Part shown: positions 16,866 to 25,100 of the stretch, piece after piece
How positions within the stretch are numbered: the stretch's first letter is position 1
Layout of the letters: each line of letters starts with the position of its first letter
Assembly (NCBI GenBank): GCA_027001995.1
Contig: JALTLO010000172.1
Span: forward strand, 8,293 to 33,670
DNA from: Planctomycetota bacterium
Lineage (GTDB): Bacteria; Planctomycetota; GCA-002687715; DRQF01
DNA length: 25,378 bases
Reading direction: 5' to 3'
Notes under the pieces: generated by a model
What the model was told of the DNA's origin: nothing
The model's input: only the letters and a program-made list of their open reading frames with translations
The model's database searches: none
Position numbers and translations under genes: made by a program

Positions 16866-17537
16866 GTGGCCGCAAGAGATATTGCACCTTTGGGTGCTGA
16901 TTGGATGAACATGATCCTGACCTTAGGGACAGCGACGATTGCACCAAGGAAGCGTTATGGAACGCTTAAGGGTGCTGTGGACCGCCTGCTTGCGCTGGTT
17001 GGTCTGATCGTTCTTCTGCCTCTGTTGGCTCTCATGTGCGTCATCATCAAGATGACATCCCGTGGTCCGGTCTTCTTCCAACAGGAGAGAGTTGGCCAGG
17101 GGGGCGTTTGCTTTAAGATCCTCAAGCTACGAACCATGATTCAAGATGCAGAATCGTCCACTGGCCCGATTTGGGCCCAAGACAACGATCCCCGGGTCAC
17201 ACGTTTTGGTCGGTTCATGCGTTTGAGCCATTTGGACGAAATGCCTCAGCTCATCAATGTTCTTATCGGCAATATGAGTTTGGTGGGGCCCCGACCAGAA
17301 CGTCCTGTATTCGTTGAGCAATTCAAGCGTCAAATCCCAGACTACAGCCACCGCCTGGATGTGAAACCGGGTATCACTGGCTTGGCTCAGGTCTACCACA
17401 GCTACGACTCGACTCTCCGCGATGTCCGAAAGAAGCTCGCCTACGATCTTCTTTACATCAAAAAGATGTGTTTGATGACCGATATCATTATCATCTTCTT
17501 GACGGTCCGCTGCCTGACTGGGCGCGGCGCGAAGTAG
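16866..17537 (+). CDS. Priming (initiating) sugar transferase, stand-alone Bac_transf/WcaJ-C-terminal phosphoglycosyl transferase
   Basis: KGAVDRLLA plus a single hydrophobic helix, SRGPVFFQQERVG, KLRTM, DPRVTRFGRFMR..HLDEMPQLINVL.GNMSLVGPRPERP, KPGITGLAQV and KLAYDLLYI. The start is uncertain: GTG 16866, ATG 16905 or ATG 16911. Confidence 0.93.
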   Translation: MAARDIAPLGADWMNMILTLGTATIAPRKRYGTLKGAVDRLLALVGLIVLLPLLALMCVIIKMTSRGPVFFQQERVGQGGVCFKILKLRTMIQDAESSTGPIWAQDNDPRVTRFGRFMRLSHLDEMPQLINVLIGNMSLVGPRPERPVFVEQFKRQIPDYSHRLDVKPGITGLAQVYHSYDSTLRDVRKKLAYDLLYIKKMCLMTDIIIIFLTVRCLTGRGAK

Positions 17538-17567
17538 GAGCGAGTCATTCCTTCTGTTCAATCTACA

Positions 17568-18476
17568 TTGCCGATCCGCGCCTTAGGTGCGTCTGCAAAA
17601 AACGCCATGACCATCGACGTGGAAGATTACTTTCAAGTCGGTGTCTTTCAAGATCGGCTGCACCCAGGTGAATGGTCGAACTTCGAGCTTCGCATTGATC
17701 GCAATCTTGAGAAATGCTGCCAGCTCTTGGATGACGTGGGCGTGAAAGCCACATTCTTTGTCCTGGGGTGGGTGGCGGAGCGGATTCCAAAGGCAATCAA
17801 GCGCCTGGCAGATGAAGGCCATGAGGTTGGCAGCCATGGTTTCAATCATCAGCCCATTTGGAAGCTTGATGAAAAGGAATTCTCGGAAGACATCGCTCGG
17901 TCTCAGGGTGTCTTAGGAGAGATCCTGGGGGCAACTCCGACCTGTTATCGAGCGCCCTGTTTCAGTGTGACCGCCAAAACACTCTGGGCTTTGGATATTT
18001 TGTTTGAGGCTGGCTTCACCCATGATTCCAGCATTTTTCCAGTGCAACATCCGGAATATGGCATTCCTCATGCCCCGGAGGGTCTTCATCGCATCCAGCT
18101 TCCCAATGGCGGTGAACTAAGTGAGTTCCCCATGACGGTGGGCAGTCTACTGGGTAAGAAGCTCGCTTTCTGTGGGGGCGGTTGGTTTCGCCTGTTTCCC
18201 TATGGTTTGATCCAAAGGTCACTGAAGAAGAGCCAGGGTACTCGCCCGTTTGTCTTCTATTTGCATCCTTGGGAGCTTGATCCGGACCAGCCGAAGCTTT
18301 ATGACCGAACTGGACGTTTGGGCCGTTTCCGGCACTACGTCAACCTAAAGACCAACGAAGCGAAGTTTCGCAGGCTATTGGCGGACTTCGAATTTGGCAC
18401 GATGCGCTCCGTCTTCGACGCCACAGTCGAGGCCAACGGGGAGCTCCCCTTGGTCGACTATGGTCTTTCCAGGTAG
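17568..18476 (+). CDS. Polysaccharide deacetylase, XrtA/PEP-CTERM-locus type (NodB/CE4 domain plus DUF3473-like C-terminus)
   Basis: NAMTIDVEDYFQV, KATFFVLGWVAE, GHEVGSHGFNH, YRAP, DSSIFP, GGGWFRLFPY and FYLHPWELDPDQP. The metal-binding motifs look intact. There is no signal peptide, and the TTG start is approximate. Confidence 0.9.
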   Translation: MPIRALGASAKNAMTIDVEDYFQVGVFQDRLHPGEWSNFELRIDRNLEKCCQLLDDVGVKATFFVLGWVAERIPKAIKRLADEGHEVGSHGFNHQPIWKLDEKEFSEDIARSQGVLGEILGATPTCYRAPCFSVTAKTLWALDILFEAGFTHDSSIFPVQHPEYGIPHAPEGLHRIQLPNGGELSEFPMTVGSLLGKKLAFCGGGWFRLFPYGLIQRSLKKSQGTRPFVFYLHPWELDPDQPKLYDRTGRLGRFRHYVNLKTNEAKFRRLLADFEFGTMRSVFDATVEANGELPLVDYGLSR

Positions 18477-21400
18477 CCTCTTGGGTCGAGCAGGAATCGA
18501 CGATCTTCAAGCTTTCCTAAGAATGTAGCATCAGGTTGGTCCAAGGTTTGAATCATCTGCAAGGCACGGCTCACACGTTTTGCTGAAGCTGGTTGGCGAT
18601 CCAAATAAGCCGTGACGTTCTTTCTTGCTTCTGCGTTGGCCCCCCGATGGTAAGCATATTTGGCAAACGTCAATTGGACTTCATCGTCAACAGCTTGGTA
18701 GCGATATACAGCTTGTTTCAACAATTCATATCCTTCTTGGGAGTTGGGATTGCGCTCCAGCATGAATGTTCCGACGATTTGACTGTAGTCGAAGGCACGT
18801 TTCTTCTTGGGAACACGGCTCCTAATCAACTCGGCAGCACGGTCTTTATGACCAGACTTGAAGAGTGCCCGGGCTTCCTGCCGTGCAAGGGCAAAGGATT
18901 CTTGTTGGCAAGTGTGAAGCAAGAATGCTGCTTGTTCGTAGAGACCGTCTTGGCTCAGCGAGCGAGCTAAGTCCATTTTGAAGGAATCACTGAATCCAGG
19001 ACGCTTCAAGATAAACTTGACGAGTGTTTCTAAGTCACCGTAGTCTTTGGTTTGCAAGTAGCCCTGGGCATAGATCGATAGGCCAGCTTCGTCGGTCATG
19101 TTAGATGAGTCGAGAATGTCTTTGACGATCGAAATTCCCTTGAGGTAGGTGGCGGGCGATCCCATGAGCGCACGGGCCCTCAACAGGCTGATCTCTCGAT
19201 TGCGATTGGGCAAAATCTCCTCTATCTGTTTGGCGGCGGCCGCAGCATATCTGAGGGTGTGCTTTTCCCCAGCAAAGACAAAAAAGCGCGCCAGTTGACT
19301 GACAAACTCTCGTCTTTCACCTGTTGTTTTTGTCGGTGTGGAAATGAGTATGAGAAGGGCGTCGCGCTCGGCGGTGCTGGGGAATCTGAGTGTGCTGGCG
19401 AGTTTTTTTGCTCCAGAGATGTTCCCGGACAAGAGTGCCCGGAGCATGTTTGCCATGATAGGCGTCTCACTGGAAACGTAAGGGGGGTAACGTCCACTCT
19501 TTTTCCTCAGCACACGGTTGAGCATACCCCGGTGATCGGTTGCGGCTGAAATCACAGCGAGAGCATAAGTGGGAAGCTTCTCAGGCCGTAGATCCCAAGA
19601 TTTCTTGATGTGTTTGAGAGCTTCTTTGTAGTCACCTTCGGCGAGGGCAACGACACCACGGTCGTACCAGGCATTCGCAGCATCTGGAGCTACTTGAGTG
19701 GCTGCCAACACCGCCTCCTTAGCTGAGGGATCGGCTGCTGCTACCAAGAGCCTCGCCACATGAGCCGAGTACCCCGCGGGGACTTCTTGTTTGGCCACGG
19801 CAATCGAAACAGACTTCTTCATGAATTCGAACTGCTTCTTTTCTGCCAGCATTTCGATGAGTTGAGTCCAGACTGCAGTTCTGTATTGAGCGGGGACTTT
19901 CGCCAAGGTGGTTTGAAGAATTTCCACTGATTGCAAGAAGTTCCCATCTGCGTCTTGCAGCAATGCGCGCATGCGGTTCTTCATGCCAGGAGGAACCGAT
20001 GGGAGCTTGATGAGCTCAGCATTGAATTGCCCCGCCGCCTTTCGTTCGCCAAGCTTGAGGGCGGTGGTGATGCCCAGTTCGATAATCTCGGGTGTGGCAG
20101 CTGATTCTAGGATCGCTGCGTCAACGATGCTCAGTATCTCCGGGAAGGCTTTGTGGCTATTGCAGAACTCAGCCGCCCAAGAGAAACTCTCGTAGTTTCT
20201 TCCACGACGTCGAAGCCGGGCTAACAAATTAAGGAAGTTCTCTGTGTCGTTGGTCTTTCGATAAGCCGCAGCGAGAATGGAGACTGCTTCGGAATCGATT
20301 TCTTTGTCTTCAAAAACCCGTGCCGCTAAGAATCGAATGACCAGATCGTTTCGCCCAGCTTCTGCGAGTTGTTTGGAAAGATCAATCAAGTGGGAAACTC
20401 CGAAACCGAAGGTGGTGACGGACTTATCTAATCTCTCTAACGCTTTGTTTTCCATGCCTGCTTTGAGCTGAAGAAGTGCCAAATCGACGTTCTCTTCAGA
20501 AGTGCCGACTCCAAGTTTCTCAATCATGGAAATTGTGGCTTTGGCGAATTCCTTTTGCCCTTGGAGCAGGAGCAGTTCGGTGACCCGGTGAAGAGTGGCA
20601 CGGTCGCGACCACCTTTCTTGATCCAAATCTGGGCCTCCTTAAGGGCGGCGTCCTGCCGGTTCTCAGCCAATAGAATGTCGAAGCGGATGCGGTGGAGTT
20701 CTGCAAGTTCCGGGTCGAGGGCCGCAGCGTGGTCGAGAAACCGGGCAGCTTCGGCAATCTTGCCGCCAATCACCTCATTGCGCGCTACTCCGATGTGGGC
20801 AGACACGGCATAAGGTCGCTCTCGCACAGCTTCTTTGAAGGAGACGATTGCCAAATCGTTCTTTCGTAAGTGTTCGAAAGCTCGCCCCGTACTCATCATC
20901 ACATTGAAACGGGCTGCATCTTGTTTGGGGCAACGCTTGAATAGGTCCACAGCCAAGCTCCGAGCCTTTTCAACGCCCCCAGCATCGATCAAGAGGTCTA
21001 AATAGCGTCTGCCGATGTCGAAGTCGTTGCGATCTTCCTCAAAGAGAACTTGAGCCGTATTGAGGGTTTTTGGCAGCAGGTCGTTGCGCGCCACGAAGGC
21101 TTCCATGAACTTCCGCAGTTCTTTGTTCGCCTCGCTTCCGACCACTTTGAACTTAGAACCGAGTTGCTTGTTCAGATAGGCTCGGGCATCTTCAATCCAG
21201 CCCATGCCCTCCATAGCTTGAGTTTTCAGAAGAACCGCCTCCCAGTCCCTAGGTCGGGCTTCGATGACTTTGTCCAATACGGAGTTCGCCCGATCAAACT
21301 TGCCCAATTTTAACAGGCAGGAGACATAAGTCGGAACAAACTCGCGGCCTCTATAGCGCTTGCCAACGGCGACTTCTAAGAATGGGTAAGCCGCATCGTA

Positions 21401-22555
21401 GTCACCGTTCTTAAAGAGGCTGGCGCCTTTGATAAAGTTGACTGTCGGATACTTGGGTTGAATATTGAGCCAATAGTTCGCAATTTCTAATGCCTTTTCG
21501 TCATTTCCCAAACCTCGGTGCGCCTCTGCTAAGACCCTTTCGTAGACGTAAGGGCGGTGCCCTTTGGAGTCTGATTTCGTCTCAAGTATCAAGGCGATGG
21601 ATTCTTCGTAGGCCCCTAACTTGAGTTTGGATTCCGCCAAGCGAAGCCGCGCTCGCCTTTGCTGAACCGGAAGAAGGGTCTCTCGGGTGACTTCTCCAAG
21701 AAGCTGCGATTTCTGGGTCTCCAAGACCGCGCGAAGATGAACCTCAAAATCAGATTGTCGTCTTCTGACTTCGTAGATGTCAGCTAAGAGGATGTGGGAT
21801 AGGACTGGCGCCGACTGGGTTGGATCAGCCTCAAAGTTTGAACAAGCCTTCAGGAATGCGATATTGGCAGTTACTAAGTGTTCATGAGCTCTCTCGATGA
21901 TATTCGTAAGGACGGCGATTTTCTTGAAAGCGTGCTCCCGTTGCAGGCGAGCAAGCATTTTATCTAAGCTGGCAGCATAGATCTTTGAATCTGCCAACAC
22001 CACGCGACGGGCGTAATTTCCGTACCTGACGGCGGGCCCGTCTCCGATGATCGGGGCCAAGAGCTGAGTGGCGCGGGTGAGATTCTGATTGCATTTCCAC
22101 ATATGGAAGCGGGCAGCGATTTCTTGGGCCAAAGTGGACTGATCGAATCGATCGCCCATGGCCGATTCTATCTCTGATTCCGCATCCTTGCTGCGTTCGT
22201 CATCCAGATAGGTCTCGATGGTGCGATAGAGTGCTTGCTCCCCCCAGGTCGAGTCAGAGCGAACTTTGACGTAGTCGGCCAGAGCTTTTTGACTGTTCCG
22301 CCGGCGCTGTTCGCAGTAACCCCGGTAGTAGCGGGCTTCCATGTCTTTGGGGTCAGCCTGAATCATGCGATCAAAACTGTCTTTGGCCGCCGCAAAGTCT
22401 TCGTTGCGTAGCTCTTCTAAGGCGGATTCTCTCAGGCTTGTGCCCAGGCTTCGTATGATGAAGAAAGCGGAAATTCCGACTACCGCCACGATGGCGATCC
22501 ACGCGCTGCGTGCCAAACCTGTTTCCTGAGATTCTTGCATTCGATTCAAAGTCAT
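18458..22555 (-). CDS. Very large tetratricopeptide-repeat protein with an N-terminal membrane anchor (1365 aa)
   Basis: Hydrophobic segment AWIAIVAVVGISAFFII, followed by many TPR-like units (e.g. AAAKDSFDRMIQADPKDMEARYYRG, AARFLDHAAALDPELAELH, APDAANAWYDRGVVALAEGDYKEALKHIKKSWDLRP). AGGGA lies upstream of ATG 22555. The 3' end overlaps the deacetylase gene by 19 bp. Confidence 0.85.
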   Translation of the reverse strand: MTLNRMQESQETGLARSAWIAIVAVVGISAFFIIRSLGTSLRESALEELRNEDFAAAKDSFDRMIQADPKDMEARYYRGYCEQRRRNSQKALADYVKVRSDSTWGEQALYRTIETYLDDERSKDAESEIESAMGDRFDQSTLAQEIAARFHMWKCNQNLTRATQLLAPIIGDGPAVRYGNYARRVVLADSKIYAASLDKMLARLQREHAFKKIAVLTNIIERAHEHLVTANIAFLKACSNFEADPTQSAPVLSHILLADIYEVRRRQSDFEVHLRAVLETQKSQLLGEVTRETLLPVQQRRARLRLAESKLKLGAYEESIALILETKSDSKGHRPYVYERVLAEAHRGLGNDEKALEIANYWLNIQPKYPTVNFIKGASLFKNGDYDAAYPFLEVAVGKRYRGREFVPTYVSCLLKLGKFDRANSVLDKVIEARPRDWEAVLLKTQAMEGMGWIEDARAYLNKQLGSKFKVVGSEANKELRKFMEAFVARNDLLPKTLNTAQVLFEEDRNDFDIGRRYLDLLIDAGGVEKARSLAVDLFKRCPKQDAARFNVMMSTGRAFEHLRKNDLAIVSFKEAVRERPYAVSAHIGVARNEVIGGKIAEAARFLDHAAALDPELAELHRIRFDILLAENRQDAALKEAQIWIKKGGRDRATLHRVTELLLLQGQKEFAKATISMIEKLGVGTSEENVDLALLQLKAGMENKALERLDKSVTTFGFGVSHLIDLSKQLAEAGRNDLVIRFLAARVFEDKEIDSEAVSILAAAYRKTNDTENFLNLLARLRRRGRNYESFSWAAEFCNSHKAFPEILSIVDAAILESAATPEIIELGITTALKLGERKAAGQFNAELIKLPSVPPGMKNRMRALLQDADGNFLQSVEILQTTLAKVPAQYRTAVWTQLIEMLAEKKQFEFMKKSVSIAVAKQEVPAGYSAHVARLLVAAADPSAKEAVLAATQVAPDAANAWYDRGVVALAEGDYKEALKHIKKSWDLRPEKLPTYALAVISAATDHRGMLNRVLRKKSGRYPPYVSSETPIMANMLRALLSGNISGAKKLASTLRFPSTAERDALLILISTPTKTTGERREFVSQLARFFVFAGEKHTLRYAAAAAKQIEEILPNRNREISLLRARALMGSPATYLKGISIVKDILDSSNMTDEAGLSIYAQGYLQTKDYGDLETLVKFILKRPGFSDSFKMDLARSLSQDGLYEQAAFLLHTCQQESFALARQEARALFKSGHKDRAAELIRSRVPKKKRAFDYSQIVGTFMLERNPNSQEGYELLKQAVYRYQAVDDEVQLTFAKYAYHRGANAEARKNVTAYLDRQPASAKRVSRALQMIQTLDQPDATFLGKLEDRRFLLDPRGYLERP

Positions 22556-22873
22556 CTTCTGTCCCTATTGGGGGTTCAACCCGCAAATTCCTGTCGCTCT
22601 TGCCGAATCGTCGAAACTACTGACGTTGATACCTTTATCGCGATTTCTCCCCCTCAAACCCAACCTCTTGTTCCCAGTTTGACCGCATTTCCTCGTCTTT
22701 TCCAAAAGTCCGTCCTTTTTCGATCATTTCCGTCTCTTCTGGGGACGATAGGGGGAAGGTACGGGAGAGTTCACCAAGCTTTCACGCACAATTCAAACGC
22801 AACTTACACGCAGATGGAACTTTGATTGTGTTCACTTGCCTCCCGCAAAATGGAAAGGCAGGCAAAATCAAAG

Positions 22874-22892
22874 CCAACGTACCAACGTACCA
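22874..22892 (+). repeat. 8-bp tandem repeat (CCAACGTA x2 + CCA)
   Basis: Direct reading: CCAACGTA at 22874-22881 and 22882-22889, then CCA at 22890-22892. It lies just upstream of the GAGAG/ATG at 22901. Confidence 0.7.
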
Positions 22893-22900
22893 GAGAGATC

Positions 22901-23497
22901 ATGTCTTCAACCAAACAAAAAAACGAACTGACAGCTCCCTTACGACGGACAGCCACAATCCTCGAAATCGAAATTGACTTAATGGGTCGATTCCAGAGAT
23001 TTCTGCGGGGTTGGATCGGCCAGAGCCAAAAACCTCACGATTGTTCCGGGGATCAGGAGCGAATCCAGGAGTTTGTCGGTTCCTTCGTTGAGAATTTCCA
23101 CTTTCTTCGCATCGAGTCTGTCCTATTTTTGTGCGAAGAAGCGGGAAATCGGCGAATCAGTTTGTGGTGGGGCAAGTTTGTTGTGCACCAAGATCGGATT
23201 CGGGATCGTTTGGAAGGTATGCGTAGGGCGGCAAACTCTGAGCAGATCGGCACCCATACTGCTTTTCTTTGGGCTTCAGCAGCTTTGTGCCAAGAATTGA
23301 GACTCTATTTGCACTGGAGCGATCGGGTCTTGCTTCCGGAACTCAGAGCCTGTGTTTCCCCCGCTTTGGACCTTCTATTGGCATCCCGCTTAGAATTGGA
23401 TCGGGCGGAAGAGGTCACCCATTATGCTCAGGCGGAGAGCTTGCTTCTCCGTTTCGAAGAGGCCCAGGATTGGGGGCTTCCCTGTTCGCAAGTGTGA
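22901..23497 (+). CDS. Hemerythrin (HHE)-like four-helix protein with degenerate metal ligands
   Basis: The helical pattern EFVGSFVENFHFLRIESVLF ... VVHQDRIRDRL ... LRLYLHWSDRVLLP aligns by eye with the hemerythrin motifs HxxxEExxLF / EHxxxR / LRxHIxxEDxVLFP. ATG 22901 follows GAGAG; the ORF track starts at TTG 22826. Confidence 0.6.
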   Translation: MSSTKQKNELTAPLRRTATILEIEIDLMGRFQRFLRGWIGQSQKPHDCSGDQERIQEFVGSFVENFHFLRIESVLFLCEEAGNRRISLWWGKFVVHQDRIRDRLEGMRRAANSEQIGTHTAFLWASAALCQELRLYLHWSDRVLLPELRACVSPALDLLLASRLELDRAEEVTHYAQAESLLLRFEEAQDWGLPCSQV

Positions 23498-23555
23498 TTC
23501 CTTCAGGCTTGATGGTTTTACCGAAAGAATTCGACATCTGGCCTTGGTTCGTCGT

Positions 23556-24185
23556 TCAAGGAGTCGTTCCTGCGGCGAACTTGACCTGCCCCTGTGAATA
23601 CTTCGCTTTTCCATCCAGAATCCAAGAGATTGCCAAAGGAAGGGCACGGCACTCCTCGGCAAACACACGGCAAGCCAAGGTGTCTTCGTCATCTTCGGGC
23701 AAGACGGGCACTGGGATTTGCAGGACATATGGGCCATTGTCATAGACGTTGTCAACGAAATGCACGGTGCACCCGGAGACACGGACACCGGCTTTTAACG
23801 CCGCTTCGTGGACATGGTGTCCGAAATAGCCCTGCCCCCCGAATAGCGGCAGGAGGCTGGGGTGGATGTTGATTACTTTTCCCACCAAAGAGTCTGGCAG
23901 TTGATAAAATGACAAATACCCAGCCATAACCACCAAGTCAGCAGCTAATCTCTCAATGGCCTGGGTGTTCTGAGCGCTAAATTCTTCGACAGAACCAAAA
24001 TCTCGTCGACGTATGATCTCGACGGGAATCCCCGCAGACCGGGCGATCTCTACCCCCCGAGCTTTCTTGAGGGAAGAGATGACACCCACGACTTGGCAGT
24101 CGAGGGCTCCACTTTTTATGTGGTCTAAGATGTTTGCCAGACTCCGGCCTGAGCCAGAGAGCATGACACAAACCCGCCTTCCCAT
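23556..24185 (-). CDS. purN: Phosphoribosylglycinamide formyltransferase
   Basis: VMLSGSG, LVVMAGY, INIHPSLLP.FGG, VHEAAL..GVRVSGCTVHFVD..YDNGP and DTLACRVFAEE. The catalytic Asn/His/Asp residues are present. Confidence 0.93.
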   Translation of the reverse strand: MGRRVCVMLSGSGRSLANILDHIKSGALDCQVVGVISSLKKARGVEIARSAGIPVEIIRRRDFGSVEEFSAQNTQAIERLAADLVVMAGYLSFYQLPDSLVGKVINIHPSLLPLFGGQGYFGHHVHEAALKAGVRVSGCTVHFVDNVYDNGPYVLQIPVPVLPEDDEDTLACRVFAEECRALPLAISWILDGKAKYSQGQVKFAAGTTP

Positions 24186-24187
24186 GA

Positions 24188-25006
24188 TTAGCTCAGCTCC
24201 TCGAGCAATCCTTTGACTATGGTGTTTAGCTTGGGCTCAGCTGTGGCTGCTACGGCCAAGATATCTGCCAGTGCCACGGGATGGAGAGCATCAGGGAGGC
24301 AGGAGTCGGTGATAATGGAAAAAGCACAGACCTTCATCGACTCATGGTTGGCCACAATAACTTCGGGAACGGTGCTCATCCCCACTAAATCAGCACCAAG
24401 AGCTTTCAAGAAGCGATACTCAGCACGAGTTTCCAAGCAAGGGCCCGGGACAGCCACGTAAACGGCGCGGTGCATACGAATGCCAGCCTTCAAAGCAACA
24501 TTTTCTGCAAGGGTCGATACTTCTTTGTCATAGGGGGCACTCATATCAGGAAAACGGGGACCTAAGGTGTCGTCATTGACACCTATGAGTGGGTTGCCCC
24601 CCAAGAAATTGATGTGATCTTCCAAGATACAAATATCGCCAACGTCGAATTTTGGGTTCATACCACCGCAGGCATTTGACACCAAGAGTAGTTCCGCGCC
24701 CATGGCATGCATGACTCGAACCGGAAATGTCACTTGCTGAAGATCATAGCCTTCGTAGAAGTGGAAGCGCCCTTTCATTGCGACAACCTTCTTGCCGCAC
24801 AAAATGCCACAAACAAGTTCACCAGCGTGGGATTCCACGGTGGATTTGGCGAAGTGGGGGATGTCGCCGTAGGGCACTGTAATGGCATCTGTGAGCTCGT
24901 TGGCCAAGCTTGAAAGCCCTGTCCCAAAGATGATCGCCACGTCTGGACGGAAGTTGTTGGTCTTCTCCGCAATCACGGCGAGAGCTTGGTCGATTTCTGC
25001 TTTCAT
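24188..25006 (-). CDS. punA: Purine-nucleoside phosphorylase (trimeric, PNP/XapA family)
   Basis: ATG at 25006 follows an AAGGAGA Shine-Dalgarno, so the ORF-track extension to 25126 is not used. Motifs: IIFGTGLS, YGDIPHF..STVESHAG, GRFHFYEGY, VSNACGG, DHIN, GPRFPDMS, GPCLETRAE and VGMSTVPEV. Confidence 0.94.
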   Translation of the reverse strand: MKAEIDQALAVIAEKTNNFRPDVAIIFGTGLSSLANELTDAITVPYGDIPHFAKSTVESHAGELVCGILCGKKVVAMKGRFHFYEGYDLQQVTFPVRVMHAMGAELLLVSNACGGMNPKFDVGDICILEDHINFLGGNPLIGVNDDTLGPRFPDMSAPYDKEVSTLAENVALKAGIRMHRAVYVAVPGPCLETRAEYRFLKALGADLVGMSTVPEVIVANHESMKVCAFSIITDSCLPDALHPVALADILAVAATAEPKLNTIVKGLLEELS

Positions 25007-25100
25007 TGAGTCTCCTTGGTGCCGAAGCATCCCGCTAATGGCGGGGTACAAACTTCGAAAGTGTCCAGTAGTCTTTGTCTTAAATGCTTTGGCATTGCCT

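Noticed and set aside
16860..16890. Sigma54 promoter (TGGC...TTGC), also considered at 2986 and 3066
   Set aside because: The spacing between the GG and GC dinucleotides does not match the -24/-12 requirement at any of these sites.
22535..22825. 96-aa plus-strand ORF in the divergent intergenic region
   Set aside because: It overlaps the TPR gene start, has no Shine-Dalgarno or motif, and occupies the likely promoter region.
23269..23745. 158-aa plus-strand ORF
   Set aside because: It overlaps both the hemerythrin-like gene (different frame) and purN (antisense).
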